From Nemertoderma westbladi (Eukaryota; Animalia; Xenacoelomorpha), in the NCBI GenBank assembly GCA_032718475.1, contig JAUCBJ010009137.1, forward strand, positions 42,286-106,285: a stretch of 64,000 bases of DNA, read 5' to 3'. A model generated the notes under the pieces. It was not told the origin of the DNA. It searched no databases and saw only the letters and a list, made by a program, of their open reading frames with translations. Both the position numbers and the translations under genes were made by a program. Shown here piece after piece: positions 1-11,607 of this stretch. Positions within the stretch are counted from its first letter, which is position 1. Each line of letters starts with the position of its first letter.

Positions 1-477
1 TGCAACATTAATAATATGAGTGGTGTTTGGTATCAGATATAATTTTGATGTAGACAAGAGATGGTGTCCTAACTGCTTTAATAATTATTAGGACCAGATT
101 ATGAGATAATACAATTGTTTGCTAACTAACTTTGTTCACTACCTTGGTGCAATTTTTTATTCTAAATGCTGAACATGTGCAAATTACAATATTAGTATAG
201 GTAGTGCTGGCTGATACTGGGTGCTCATATTTGCAACCATTTGTAACAAATTGTAACCAGGGACATCAATTCGTGACAATGTGCTCATATTTTTAACCAA
301 ACACATTGATTCATAATGCGGAAATACAGATTTGTAACCAGGTATTCAAATTCGTAATTGGAAATTCAAATTCGTAACCAGGCACTCAGATTCGAAACTG
401 GTTTAGAGTTGATATCCTGAAAAAAAAAGTTTGCGGCTTATGGCCTGTAAAAATATTAGTTTCGGTTTGGTTTAACT

Positions 478-513
478 TCGGTTCCTTCACGGCGTCTTGA
501 CGCCGTCATTAAT
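478..513 (+). mobile_element. 3' terminus of a Helentron/DINE-1-like (HINE) element related to those in the 42.6-62.4 kb array
   Basis: TCGGTTCCT (478-486; same as family A 3' subTIR) followed by hairpin ACGGCGTC-TT-GACGCCGT (489-506; same as family B hairpin). The 5' end is not seen in the window. Confidence 0.6.
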
Positions 514-2718
514 TTCATACAGTTCCATTATCAGGTCAACTCAAATTAAGAAAAAAATTAGTTTTTGAAATTAAAATTTACTGTTGTAAATGCTGCAAAA
601 GCACCTTTAACCATAGCCTAAGGAAATGTAATTACTAAAAGGGAAACTTAGGCCTACACATGATTGTGCTACTGGTGACTAATGAATGCTTATAATAATT
701 ATAATTGCAACATATTTAAGACAATCAATGTATTATCATAAAACATTGTCTTCGAGTTAGCACATTACGATTTTTACTGTCGCGAAATATTCAAAACTAA
801 CACACTATCCAATATGTTGTAGATCATATCAGACGGCAAATAAACTCAACCAATGTATTTTATTAACAATGCAATGTCGTTGAGTTAGCAGTTTAGCAGT
901 CGCAAAATATTCAAATAAAACACAAATTCCAATAGGATATCTTGTAATGAATTATATTGTATGCAAAGACAATTTAAATATAAATTACAGTATATCACAC
1001 CAACAAAACTACGACATTTATATTAGAGAACAAAATCGTGTCCACATCACCCTGCAGAACAAAGTGGGTGTAAACTCCACGCCGACTGCCGACGACCTAT
1101 CCCTGGAACCGTATTTAAGCTAAATAATTTTAACTATAACATGTGATCTCGCTCTACTGATAGTTTTTGTTTTATTTAGATAATTAGCAAAATCATACAC
1201 CGCAACTGTAACCTGACCCTTTCCATCAATTAACAATGTTGGTATCAGTAGGCCTACAGCGTTATTTACACCCAGCAGAATAATATATGGCTAGAGTTTA
1301 GGCCTACACCTTTGATAACTTGCGTAATAGAATTACCAAATTATTCTACTAATTCAGTAATAGGACTTTTGAGATATAGTATGATCGTCGCGGCCTCAGG
1401 GATCTCTACCGTATGCCGCGGACCATTCCTCATTTTCTCGCACACCCCCCACCAAACAAATAATAATACTGTACTACACCATGTCCTGGAATATAGTGTC
1501 GTTATTGAGGTACCTGGACCAACCCCCCCCCCCCCCCCCCCACCCCCAAAAAAAAATTTTTTTTCTTGAAATCTTAATGAGATTGCATGCAATTTGAAAC
1601 ATGGATAGATCACCTCCCTCCTCCTTGCTGGGTGAGCCCGAAATTTATTTTTGCTTTCATTCTTTAGCTACAAGCGTTTGAAAAAGGTGTCTCTGTCGGT
1701 ATTGCGCCAGTTACACGGCAGTTATTCTTTAAGCTTATAGCGAGTTGTTGATATTGACGGAAAGATGACCATGCAAGGATTCCAAATATGTATCATAATC
1801 TGAATTTCGTCGTAAAACAGCAGAGATAGGGCATTCTAAAGTTGCATGGTTTTACAGATGCTAAATCATGCAATATTTGAGATATTCTCATATCTATTAT
1901 ATATATATATATGGACACAAAACGTAGCAAGGACGCCATTCTCACTAAAAAGGGACTGGCGTCCTTGCTACCTATGCAGAATATGAAACTGTCGGTTCAG
2001 CTACCATGAGTGGCACCCTTGCTACTTAGGTAGCAATGGTGACAAAGTGGCTACAATGCTACCATAATCTGACAAGCTAGTTGATAAGCCCATTTAGCGT
2101 GATACAATAACGCAAAACAATTAAATTTCGATATGGTTATACAAGCTGGATAATAAAGCTAATTAGTAATCATATAATCGAGTAATTAAGTAACTAACTA
2201 ACAGGTATACAAGCCCAAATGTTGCGTAGCTTTTTTTGACGGTTTGTATTCTGGCAATTTGAATTATTACATGAAAACAACTAAAACAAGCTACTTGCGT
2301 ACGGAATTTTGTGCAAAATTTTCCAAAAATATTGTTTCTGATTAATTTAAAACAAGCTTGTCCCTTAAATTACTAGGAATATTACAAATAGCTGCAAAGT
2401 ATTTATTCCAAATCTATGAGCTGTATTGTAAGAAGTAGTGCTTGAAGAAACTGACCTTTTAATTAACATTTTTATTTCATGTAGAGTAATCTAGAAATAA
2501 ATTCAAGTGGAAGTTGTTTTAAAATCCAAGTGAAACGAGGATTTCATAGTGAAGAGTGCAATAATATCGTCGGTGCTGTGATATGGAAAATCAACTAAGG
2601 TGCAAAAATATAATTTCGAGATAATCACATTTTTGTGTTTAATTTTTGCAAAAATTGCAGCATGAAGATGATATTTCAGAAAATAATTCTTTTTTCATAC
2701 ACTAATTCTTTTTTCATT

Positions 2719-3500
2719 GCACTACTTACACCATTATACACTAGTTACACCATGTTACACTAGTTACACCATGTTACACTAGATACACCATTTTACACTA
2801 GTTACACCATTTTACACTAGTTACACCATTTTACACTGGTTACACCATTTTACACTAGTTACACCATGTTGCACTAGTTTCACCATGTTTCTCTAGTTAC
2901 ACCATTTTACACTAGTTACAACATGTTACACTAGTTACACCATGTTACACTAGTTACACCATTTTACACTAGTTACACCATTTTACACTGGTTACACAAT
3001 TTTACACTAGTTTCACCATGTTGCACTAGTTTCACCATGTTTCTCTAGTTACACCATGTTTCTTTAGTTACACCATGTTTCTCTAGTTACACCATGTTTC
3101 TCTAGTTACACCATGTTTCTCTAGTTACACCATGTTTCTCAAGTTACATAATGTTTCTCTAGTTACACCATGTTTCTGTAGTTACACCATGTTTCTCTAG
3201 TTACACCATGTTTCTCTAGTTACACCATGTTTCTCTAGTTACACCATGTTTCTCTAGTTACACCATGTTTCTCTAGTTACACCATGTTTCTCTAGTTACA
3301 CCATGTTTCTCTAGTTACACCATGTTTCTCTAGTTACACCATGTTTCTCTAGTTACACCATGTTTCTCTAGTTACACCATGTTTCTCTAGTTACACCATG
3401 TTTCTCTAGTTACACCATGTTTCTCTAGTTACACCATGTTTCTTTAGTTACACCATGTTTTTCTAGTTACACCATGTTTCTCTAGTTACGCACCATGTTA
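2719..3500. repeat. 19-bp minisatellite, about 40 copies
   Basis: Tandem CTAGTTACACCATGTTTCT with variants CTAGTTACACCATTTTACA and CTAGTTACACCATGTTACA. Confidence 0.95.
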
Positions 3501-4959
3501 CAAACTAGCCACAAACCCAGGCATTCAGCCACCAACAAACAAACTAATAATAGCTACAGGAACACGAGCTAAATGCTACAATGGAATTGTAGCAGCCAGT
3601 ATGATGTTTTATAATGAATTTCAATACAAACTGAAAGTTTAGCCAACCATTTATTCTCCGGACTACAGCCGGAATATAGGCCTACACTGGCAAACTATGT
3701 TAAGTCATCGCTTTGGCTTTTTTGCCATACCAAGTTTGGGCTTTCTTAGCAAAAAATACACTTGTACAGTAACATGACAGAAGCGATTGGCGTTTTTACC
3801 ACAACTCCTACTCTTAATTTGCAATTCTCACTTTGGCTAAGACACATCTCTTTTCTGAAGCAGTGGATGTGAGTATCACTTTGGCGTTTATATCACACCT
3901 CACTAAGGTACTCTAGTACAAATTTCAGTTAAAACCTCATTTTAGCCAAAATGGCACTTTGGCTGTTCGCCATATCACCGACGATATAAACACTAAACAG
4001 GTAGATTACACAGTGTGTAGTTTCATTGTCGAATTTTTAAATTAATTTACTTTTACTTCATTTAAGTAATAAAAATTTTAACTTTACTTAGCACGGTTAG
4101 TGTTAACAATGAATTGTTGTTGTTATATAGCACTACTTGTACAGTAGCACAAGAGTAGCACTGGCCTAATATAATATATTTGTAAATTCAAGAGAGACGA
4201 TACATTGCTAGGGAGCTTTACAATGAAACTGAACCTAAACCTGAATCTTCTTTACATGGCTTTACCATTTGGTTACCTCGCTAAGTAACTCATGTAGTTT
4301 CTGACTAATTATACCTAGTTGTTATATGTAGGCCTACTGTACTTTACCACTATCGATCTCTGGATCACTTGGAAAAGGACTAAGTAAAGTGCTACTTTAT
4401 AATACAGGTATAATGAAAACAGTCAATTAATATCGGTTCTCATAAAAATATCTATGTATTAATTAATAATTACATTAATTTAGGATTAATTTGTGTCAAA
4501 GAGAGAGTGAAATCTCATGAAAATGGACCGTATTTACTATTGCGGGTTGCGTGGCATATTCAAAATGATGTAGTATTTGGTTTGGTACTGCATTTTTTTT
4601 TCCAATTCAAGGTTCTGTTTTCAGCTACAATATCTAAGAGGAGCATCTGTAAATCTGCAAGAGCCCAGCAAGGATTGCCATAGAGCCGCAAAATTACTAG
4701 TTGTAATTTCCTCCACAGCTGCACGGAAAAGCTGCAATTTAAAGAGCTTTAAGGATGCTTTCATTTTGCGGATGCGGGGGTCATCTGCCGAACATCTTTC
4801 TCATCCATGAGCACAGATAAAAGAAATAATTGCTGTAATATTGATGTTGAAACATTGAATTAGACAGATAGGCGGACATCGCACAAGGATTTTATGCTTA
4901 CTAAACGTTATAGAAGAGTGACTTACATCATAGTCCCATATGCTAAATATAATTTGAAA

Positions 4960-5410
4960 ATAAGGTAGCACTTTGTGACGGTTTGTATTGTAAACATATA
5001 TATAAATTATACATATAGTGAGACACAAAATGTAACATAGGGGTCAGCTATTCATACAAGCCGTACTATTCTGACAAAAATTTACAGAAATTGGGCATCC
5101 TGAAAATTTAAAAACAAGCGCATCTCTTAGAAGACATATTAAGTTGTACGGATATTAAGTTTTGTTAATTTACTATGTATTTAAATGGTAAAATAATTAA
5201 AAAAATGTAATTTCTAAAATTATCGAAAAATGACTTACACTTTTATTTTAAAAGATAATTTAAGTGGATTTATATGTTTAATATATGGAAGAATCAATGC
5301 TAAAAATTATTTATCAATGCAGATAGCGGTTCTTGTTATTAAATTTTGCATATGTAGATTCAAAATACAAAGGTAGCAGTACCGTCATTATTTAACAAAT
5401 ATTAATTGAT
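4960..5410 (+). repeat. Diverged direct copy of the inverted-repeat arm at 6038-6510
   Basis: Shares GTAGCA..TGACGGTTTGT..AAACATATATATAAATTATA through TGTAGATTCAAAATACAAAGGTAGCA with 6080-6530. Confidence 0.8.
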
Positions 5411-6037
5411 TTATTCGAAATCTAACAATTTATTATCACAACTTTTTTATAGAAATAGTATTATTTTTCCCCGTGGAAACATATTAACCATAAAAATGTA
5501 ACAGAAGCTATTATTCTGAAACATTAATATTTTATAATTTTTCCAGAAGTAAATTTTCAGATTATGTATTTAATAGGTATTTCTTTCAGTTTCATGATAA
5601 TTTCCTAAATTGTTGTTTATTAATTTAAAGCATAAAACGTTTTACATCTCTAACTGCTATTAGAAAATCAACGCTACTTTCTATTAAATTATTCAAGTCA
5701 TATTCAAATTATTTATTTACTCAAACAGCCAATTTATTATTGAAGTATGAAAATCTGGGGATATGGCAATGGTGTATAGAAGGTAATTGCTTTCCTTGAT
5801 ATCGTAAAGTACGGAACGCCAGTAGTAGCTATCCAGTTTACCCATAATAAAAAAAGGTAAGACAAACTGAAAGAAAGAAGAGCTACATCGAGATGAATTA
5901 AATTTACTGATAGCCATACCCTGAAGGCTTACACTAACGCATGACTCGCCCCTTATGCTTCTGTGTCTGGCACAATTTACCATTGCACATTATACTGATG
6001 CCTGGCATGTATTTGATTCACCTGAATCAACAAAACC

Positions 6038-9000
6038 GCTTTCTCAAATAAGTATTAGTCAATAACGCTAAATAAAACAATAAAGTAGCATTTTGCGACG
6101 GTTTGTGTTTTAAACATATATATAAATTATAAATATATTGAAACACAAAATGTAACATACATGTCAGCTACTCTTACAAGCCATATTATTTTCACGAAAA
6201 ATTTCACAAAAATAACATCCTGATCATTTTAAATCAACCCCATCTATTATAACGGTTATTAAGGTGTATGAATATATAAGTTCCGCAGCTTTTCAATGTA
6301 TTTCAGTAGCAAAATTATTCAAAAATCAAAATTTCAAAAATTATCAAAAACATAACTTCCCCTTTATTTTAAAAGATAATTTAAGTGGATTCATAAGTTG
6401 AATGCATAGGAGAATCAAAGCAAAGAATTACTTATCAACCCACTTAACGTTTAATATTATTAAATTTTCCATATGTAGATTCAAAATACAAAGGTAGCAA
6501 TACCGTCACTATTTAACAATTTATAATTGATTTATTCATAATTTAATTAATTAAATTAATTAAATTTAATTAATTTAATTAAGAAAACATGCAGTTTTAA
6601 TTAAATAGATATTAATTCTTCTCAATAAAACAATTAATGGGTGGGTATGCGAAATATACGGTATACTGTAATATGATTTGCAAACAAAAATATTAAACAA
6701 TTTACATGACTACGAATTGTATATCGTCTTTGTATATCAAGCAATAAAGTCAATTATTATATTATTAATTGGCAACAAAGATCAATTATTTTATTCCAAA
6801 CTTGGATTCTATTGCAAGGGATTGATTTGACCGCACTCTGGTGTGAACTACAGATCGATTTCTCTACGATTTCTCGCGAACTCTTTCATTTTCTGTGACA
6901 GTTTACTGTGCGCGATATTGCTCTCGAAGATCAGCTCTCGAACCGCGGAGAAACTTCGTGGTTTTCTTTACAGACGTGGTCCTCTCTGAAGCTGATAATT
7001 CCACTTCCAACAGGTTAAATAATAGTTGTTTTAACTTTTATTTATTTTCTTTTAAAACGTTTATATTTTGAGTGTATAAAGGTTGGCTGGCAGCTGACAA
7101 TGGCTAATTGTACATTGTATATATTATTAAACTTACTCTAGAACGAAATAATTAATTCATAATAATTCAGATACGGCAGACTTTCGACGCGACGACAAAA
7201 ATCATCCCTCCTCCTAGTGGAAAATCGGCGCTGATTACTCCCAAAATTAAAACTGTCACCTGTACTAATGACTTTAGTTTATTGTATTGGTTAGAATAAC
7301 GCATCACTGCAACCCGCTCTTTTCCCTAGTAGATAATTTAACATTGCAACAAGATATAAATATAAATGAGGACTACTTGCGCCAATGTATATGTTTGATT
7401 TAATGGTGCAAATTGATTGCAAACATATTTTAATAATAATATTAATAATAAATAATTAGTAATCTAATATGAAGCTGTTACAAATAATATTTAAGTACAA
7501 TATTTACATTACGTGCTAATAAATTCCTTTCCCAAGCTAATATTTTTCTTACTACACACCACATAACAGCATTTGGTTAATTAAATGCAGCTTATTTACT
7601 GTTCTCTGATTGGGCGAGACCAGACGTCTATTAAATGGTTGACGTATAAGACATTTAAGGAAAGGTGGGTTGACTCATTGTATTGTGTTATCAAGGTGTA
7701 GGGCCTACGTACACCTTATGTGTTATGCATTGTATTGTGCATTCTGTCCAATTGTTCGTTGACAAGCAACCACATACAGTCATAATAAACTCGAATAAAT
7801 AAACAACCTGTTAGGCCTACCAAATGCAGTACAGCAGTAGTAGCCTCTCCTCTACTACCACTACCACACATCAACAGATGGGCTTGAGTTGGTATTAGTT
7901 TTTTTATTTACAGTTTGTTGGTAGTAGGCCTACTGTAGTACATAGTCGATGTTGAAGCGCAGGCGATCACTGAAGGCACTTTTGGCGCTACTTTAATGTG
8001 AGATTCACTTACAATCTGCCTTTCGCTCTGGCGAAACACACTCGGAATACCCATACCCAATGCTGAACTTTTCAACTGTTTCGAGACATCTGATTACGAT
8101 TCTTCTACGACCTGCCGTTCCCTGAATAAGACTTCGCTATCAAAAAAAATGTGGTCTTGGCGTCTTAGAATCGAAGTTGGTAAAGGAAACATCAGCTCCG
8201 GTGAGAAGAACAACTGAAGTAAACAACTGACTGACTGAGTTCCTCCGCTGTTAGAGAGCGCTATATCGCGCACAGCAAATTGTAAGAGTTTGAGAAACTG
8301 GAAGAGTTCGCGAGAAATCGTAGATAAATTGTAACAATTTATCTACGATTTCTCGCGAACTACAGAACAGTTCTGTAGTTCAACAGCGTGGTGGCCCACT
8401 CCCTCCCGATAATTTCTTCATATTTTTAATAATAATTTTAAACTAAAGATAATTTCTTCGATTGAGTGTTTGGAATAAACGTATACGCACGTATACTGAG
8501 CGGCGCCGTAACGAACATGCATCACACAGACTCCACGAAACAGATGGGATTGGAGGATAAAAACCAATAATGACTTACATCAACCAAACAAACTGCCGTC
8601 TAATGTAATAAACACAGTCGCCTAAGCAGACAACTCACAATCACATCCTGATCCGCAACCTGGGAAATTGTTATATATTGTCGGTACTGCTACCTTTGTA
8701 TTTTGAATCTACATATGCAAAATTTAATAATATTAATCGTTAAGTGGGTTGATAAGTAATTTTTAGCTTTGATTCTCCCATATATTAAACTTATAAATCC
8801 ACTTCAAATATATTTTAAAATAAAGGGGACGTTATCTTTTTGATAGTTTTTGAAATTTAAATATTTTAATTATTTTACTATTGAAATACATTGGAAAATT
8901 AACAAGACTTAATATTCATACACCTTAATAACCGTTATAATAGATGGGGTTGATTTAAAATTATCAGGATGTTATTTTTGTGGAAATTTTCGTAAAATAA

Positions 9001-9149
9001 TATGGCTTGTAAGAGTAGCTGACATGTATGTTACATTTTGTGTTTCAATATATTTATAATTTATATATATGTTTAAAATACAAACCGTCGCAAAATGCTA
9101 CCTTGTTGTTTTATTTAGCGTTATTGACTAATACTTATTTGGGAAAGCG
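6038..9149. mobile_element. Foldback-like non-coding element or pair of inverted repeat copies, arms ~470 bp
   Basis: 6038-6507 is the reverse complement of 8683-9149 (CGCTTTCTCAAATAAGTATTAGTCAATAACGCTAAATAAAAC vs GTTTTATTTAGCGTTATTGACTAATACTTATTTGGGAAAGCG); a second, more diverged inverted pair at ~6845-7012 / ~8176-8381. No TSD or transposase seen. Confidence 0.6.
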
Positions 9150-9754
9150 ATCCAGCAACAATACTATACATTGGCTTATATTAGAAGCGAAATACAAATA
9201 TATTTTTTTTACGATAACTGTTTTAAGTAACACGAATTAATTACAATTACTCTATCTGTTTCGAAACAGGTCAGATAAGTAGGGGGGGGGGGGGGGGGGA
9301 TAAACACCCTCTGGTTAAAATATTAGTTTGTTTTTCTTATCTTTTCTGGTGTATAATTTGATTAGTATTTACGGTTTTCACTTTCAGGCATGTCGACCCT
9401 TAGCGACAGGCTGGTGAACTGCCGAATAATATACGTCCTCCCAAACACGCAACCGCCTGTGGTGTAATCTATATATGCCATGCATCAGCTCGAAAAGATT
9501 AAAAACAACAAAAACGCAGGACTTTTTCACCTTCAGACATTCCACCTACTACCGGTAGACTAGAGAACTTCAGCTTCCTCCCAAACACGAATCCAATCTT
9601 GTAGTAGATATTTCCCCAGTATCAGCTCAAAAACAATAAAATTGGTGATGGGAATGGTTTCACTCAGAGAGATTACACACCCAAGCAGCAGATTGAAGAA
9701 CTGTAGGCTGGTCGGCGTCCTCTCACTCAAACAGGCAGCGTAAGATCTCTGTGG

Positions 9755-9797
9755 TACATACATACATACATACATACATACATACATACATACATAC
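9755..9797. repeat. (TACA)n microsatellite
   Basis: Pure TACA tandem run. Confidence 0.95.
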
Positions 9798-10059
9798 CTG
9801 CAAAGTTTCAGTTAGAACAGCCTTAGTCTTAGTCTAATGGTGAAACTGCAGTTACAAAGTCGCCTGAGTCCTGATTGCTGACCAGTAATATATTTTGGCC
9901 TAAAACGATGCAAAATAATCCACTTTGACCACATTCGATTCACGCAAACAAATACTTAAAATATGACGAGATAGTGACGTTGCTCAAGTTAGCTTTCTAT
10001 TATTGTATCGCGAGACAGACAGACTGAGATTTATAAGACTTAAAGTCAGAGATTTTATA

Positions 10060-10465
10060 TTGGACGGATCCATCATGGATGTTGGACGGATCCGTCATGG
10101 ATGTTGGACGGATTCGTCATGGATGTTGGACGGATCCATCACGGATGTTGGACGGATCCGTCATGGATGTTGGACGGATCCGTCATGGATGTTGGACGGA
10201 TCCGTCATGGATGTTGGACGGATCCGTCATGGATGTTGGACGGATCCGTCATGGATGTTGGACGGATCCATCATGGATGTTGGACGGATCCGTCATGGAT
10301 GTTGGACGGATCCATCATGGATGTTGGACGGATCCGTCATGGATGTTGGACGGATCCGTCATGGATGTTGGACGGATCCATCATGGATGTTGGACGGATC
10401 CGTCATGGATGTTGGATGGATCCGTCATGGATGTTGGACGGATCCATCATGGATGTTGGATGGAT
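10060..10465. repeat. 22-bp minisatellite, about 18 copies, with internal palindrome
   Basis: Unit TTGGACGGATCCGTCATGGATG containing the palindrome GACGGATCCGTC. Confidence 0.95.
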
Positions 10466-11421
10466 ATATTTCGAATAATTTTAGATAGATTTCGATAGAT
10501 AGATTTCGTAATTTGCGTCATTATCAATGCATACTACACATAGTTCTATCGAAATACGAAAATAAGTGGCCTAATTTGTAATGACTGGAAATTGCAGAAT
10601 AAAACTAGCACAAAATCGCACAGACTAAATACTGAAATAGCACGGCAGTACTCTACTACTATAATAACAGTGGCCTTCTACGTCCTACATACAGAAGCTA
10701 GGGACCCCCAATTATTCTACTACATTATATATTTCTCAATAGCAGTCTTACATATGTTTCCTTACATTTTCAGATATCACTAAATTCCATATAGTAATTT
10801 CACTTTGCTACTAATGGGCTACAGTATTATTTAATATAATTAAGGATAACAAAATGTAGCATTTTATAGCGGTTTGCATATTCGCTATATGTACAAATTC
10901 TATATATAGAAATAATCTGTGTTTTTAAAGATATCTCGAAATGCTACCATCACCACTCCCAAAGTTTAATATATATAAGTAGCATAGCCGTCAAATCTTC
11001 CCATTAACTGAAGGGTTTTTGTATATTCAGTTTCAGAATACAAAAATTATATGTATATTGACCATAGCAGCCGAACCATGATGATTTGCAAAAAGCAATT
11101 TGTTTCCAATGTTAGACATTTTGATTTATTTAATAATAAAATAGTTAAATAAAATGTATTAGATAATAAAATTAAAATATAAGAAATGTTAATATAAAAT
11201 CAAAATCCAAATGAGAAAGAGGGAGGGTTACTACCAGTGCACACTGCAGACCTTAGAACCATACGGAATAAACACAATTAATGAAGCAACCGCAAATTTA
11301 CATGGCTACACAGGTTTTCTTCAAGAAGATTAAAACTTTATATTTATGTTGTTACCTAGTTTATTTATACAGTATTTCAATTATTTATTTGTTCTAGAAA
11401 ATTAATTTGAATTTAAGAAAA

Positions 11422-11461
11422 AATACATGAATAAGAGTCACGCTGACTCGAAATATCGTAT
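11422..11461 (+). ncRNA. Minimal type I hammerhead ribozyme, A3-U8 core variant (copy 1)
   Basis: ATAC-ATGAATA-A-GAGTC(ACGCT)GACTC-GAAA-TAT-C^GTAT: helix I ATAC/GTAT, helix II GAGTC/GACTC, palindromic ATAT helix III; located in the PLE pseudo-LTR. Confidence 0.75.
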
Positions 11462-11607
11462 ATATTTTATTTTTATTGCTTGATATTGGTCTGTCTATTA
11501 TTATTATTATTTTCGTTCTACACTTGACTATATTTGAGAGACCGGATCATGCTGAACATGGTTGTTTGAAAAAGCGTTCCTACTTGATTTAATTATATTT
11601 AGCAACC

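Noticed and set aside
220-400. Degenerate ~21-bp repeats (CAAATTCGTAACCAGG-like)
   Set aside because: Too decayed to define; probably internal to the element ending at ~513.
1312-1613. Short Pro/Gly-rich ORFs
   Set aside because: Driven by a poly-C run; no coding evidence.
10003-10498. Three overlapping repetitive ORFs; CRISPR-like palindromic repeat
   Set aside because: 22-bp tandem minisatellite without spacers; open in all frames by chance.
11200-11607. True LTR for the 999-aa element
   Set aside because: No TG..CA, PBS or PPT; it is the ORF 3' end plus UTR, i.e. a PLE pseudo-LTR.
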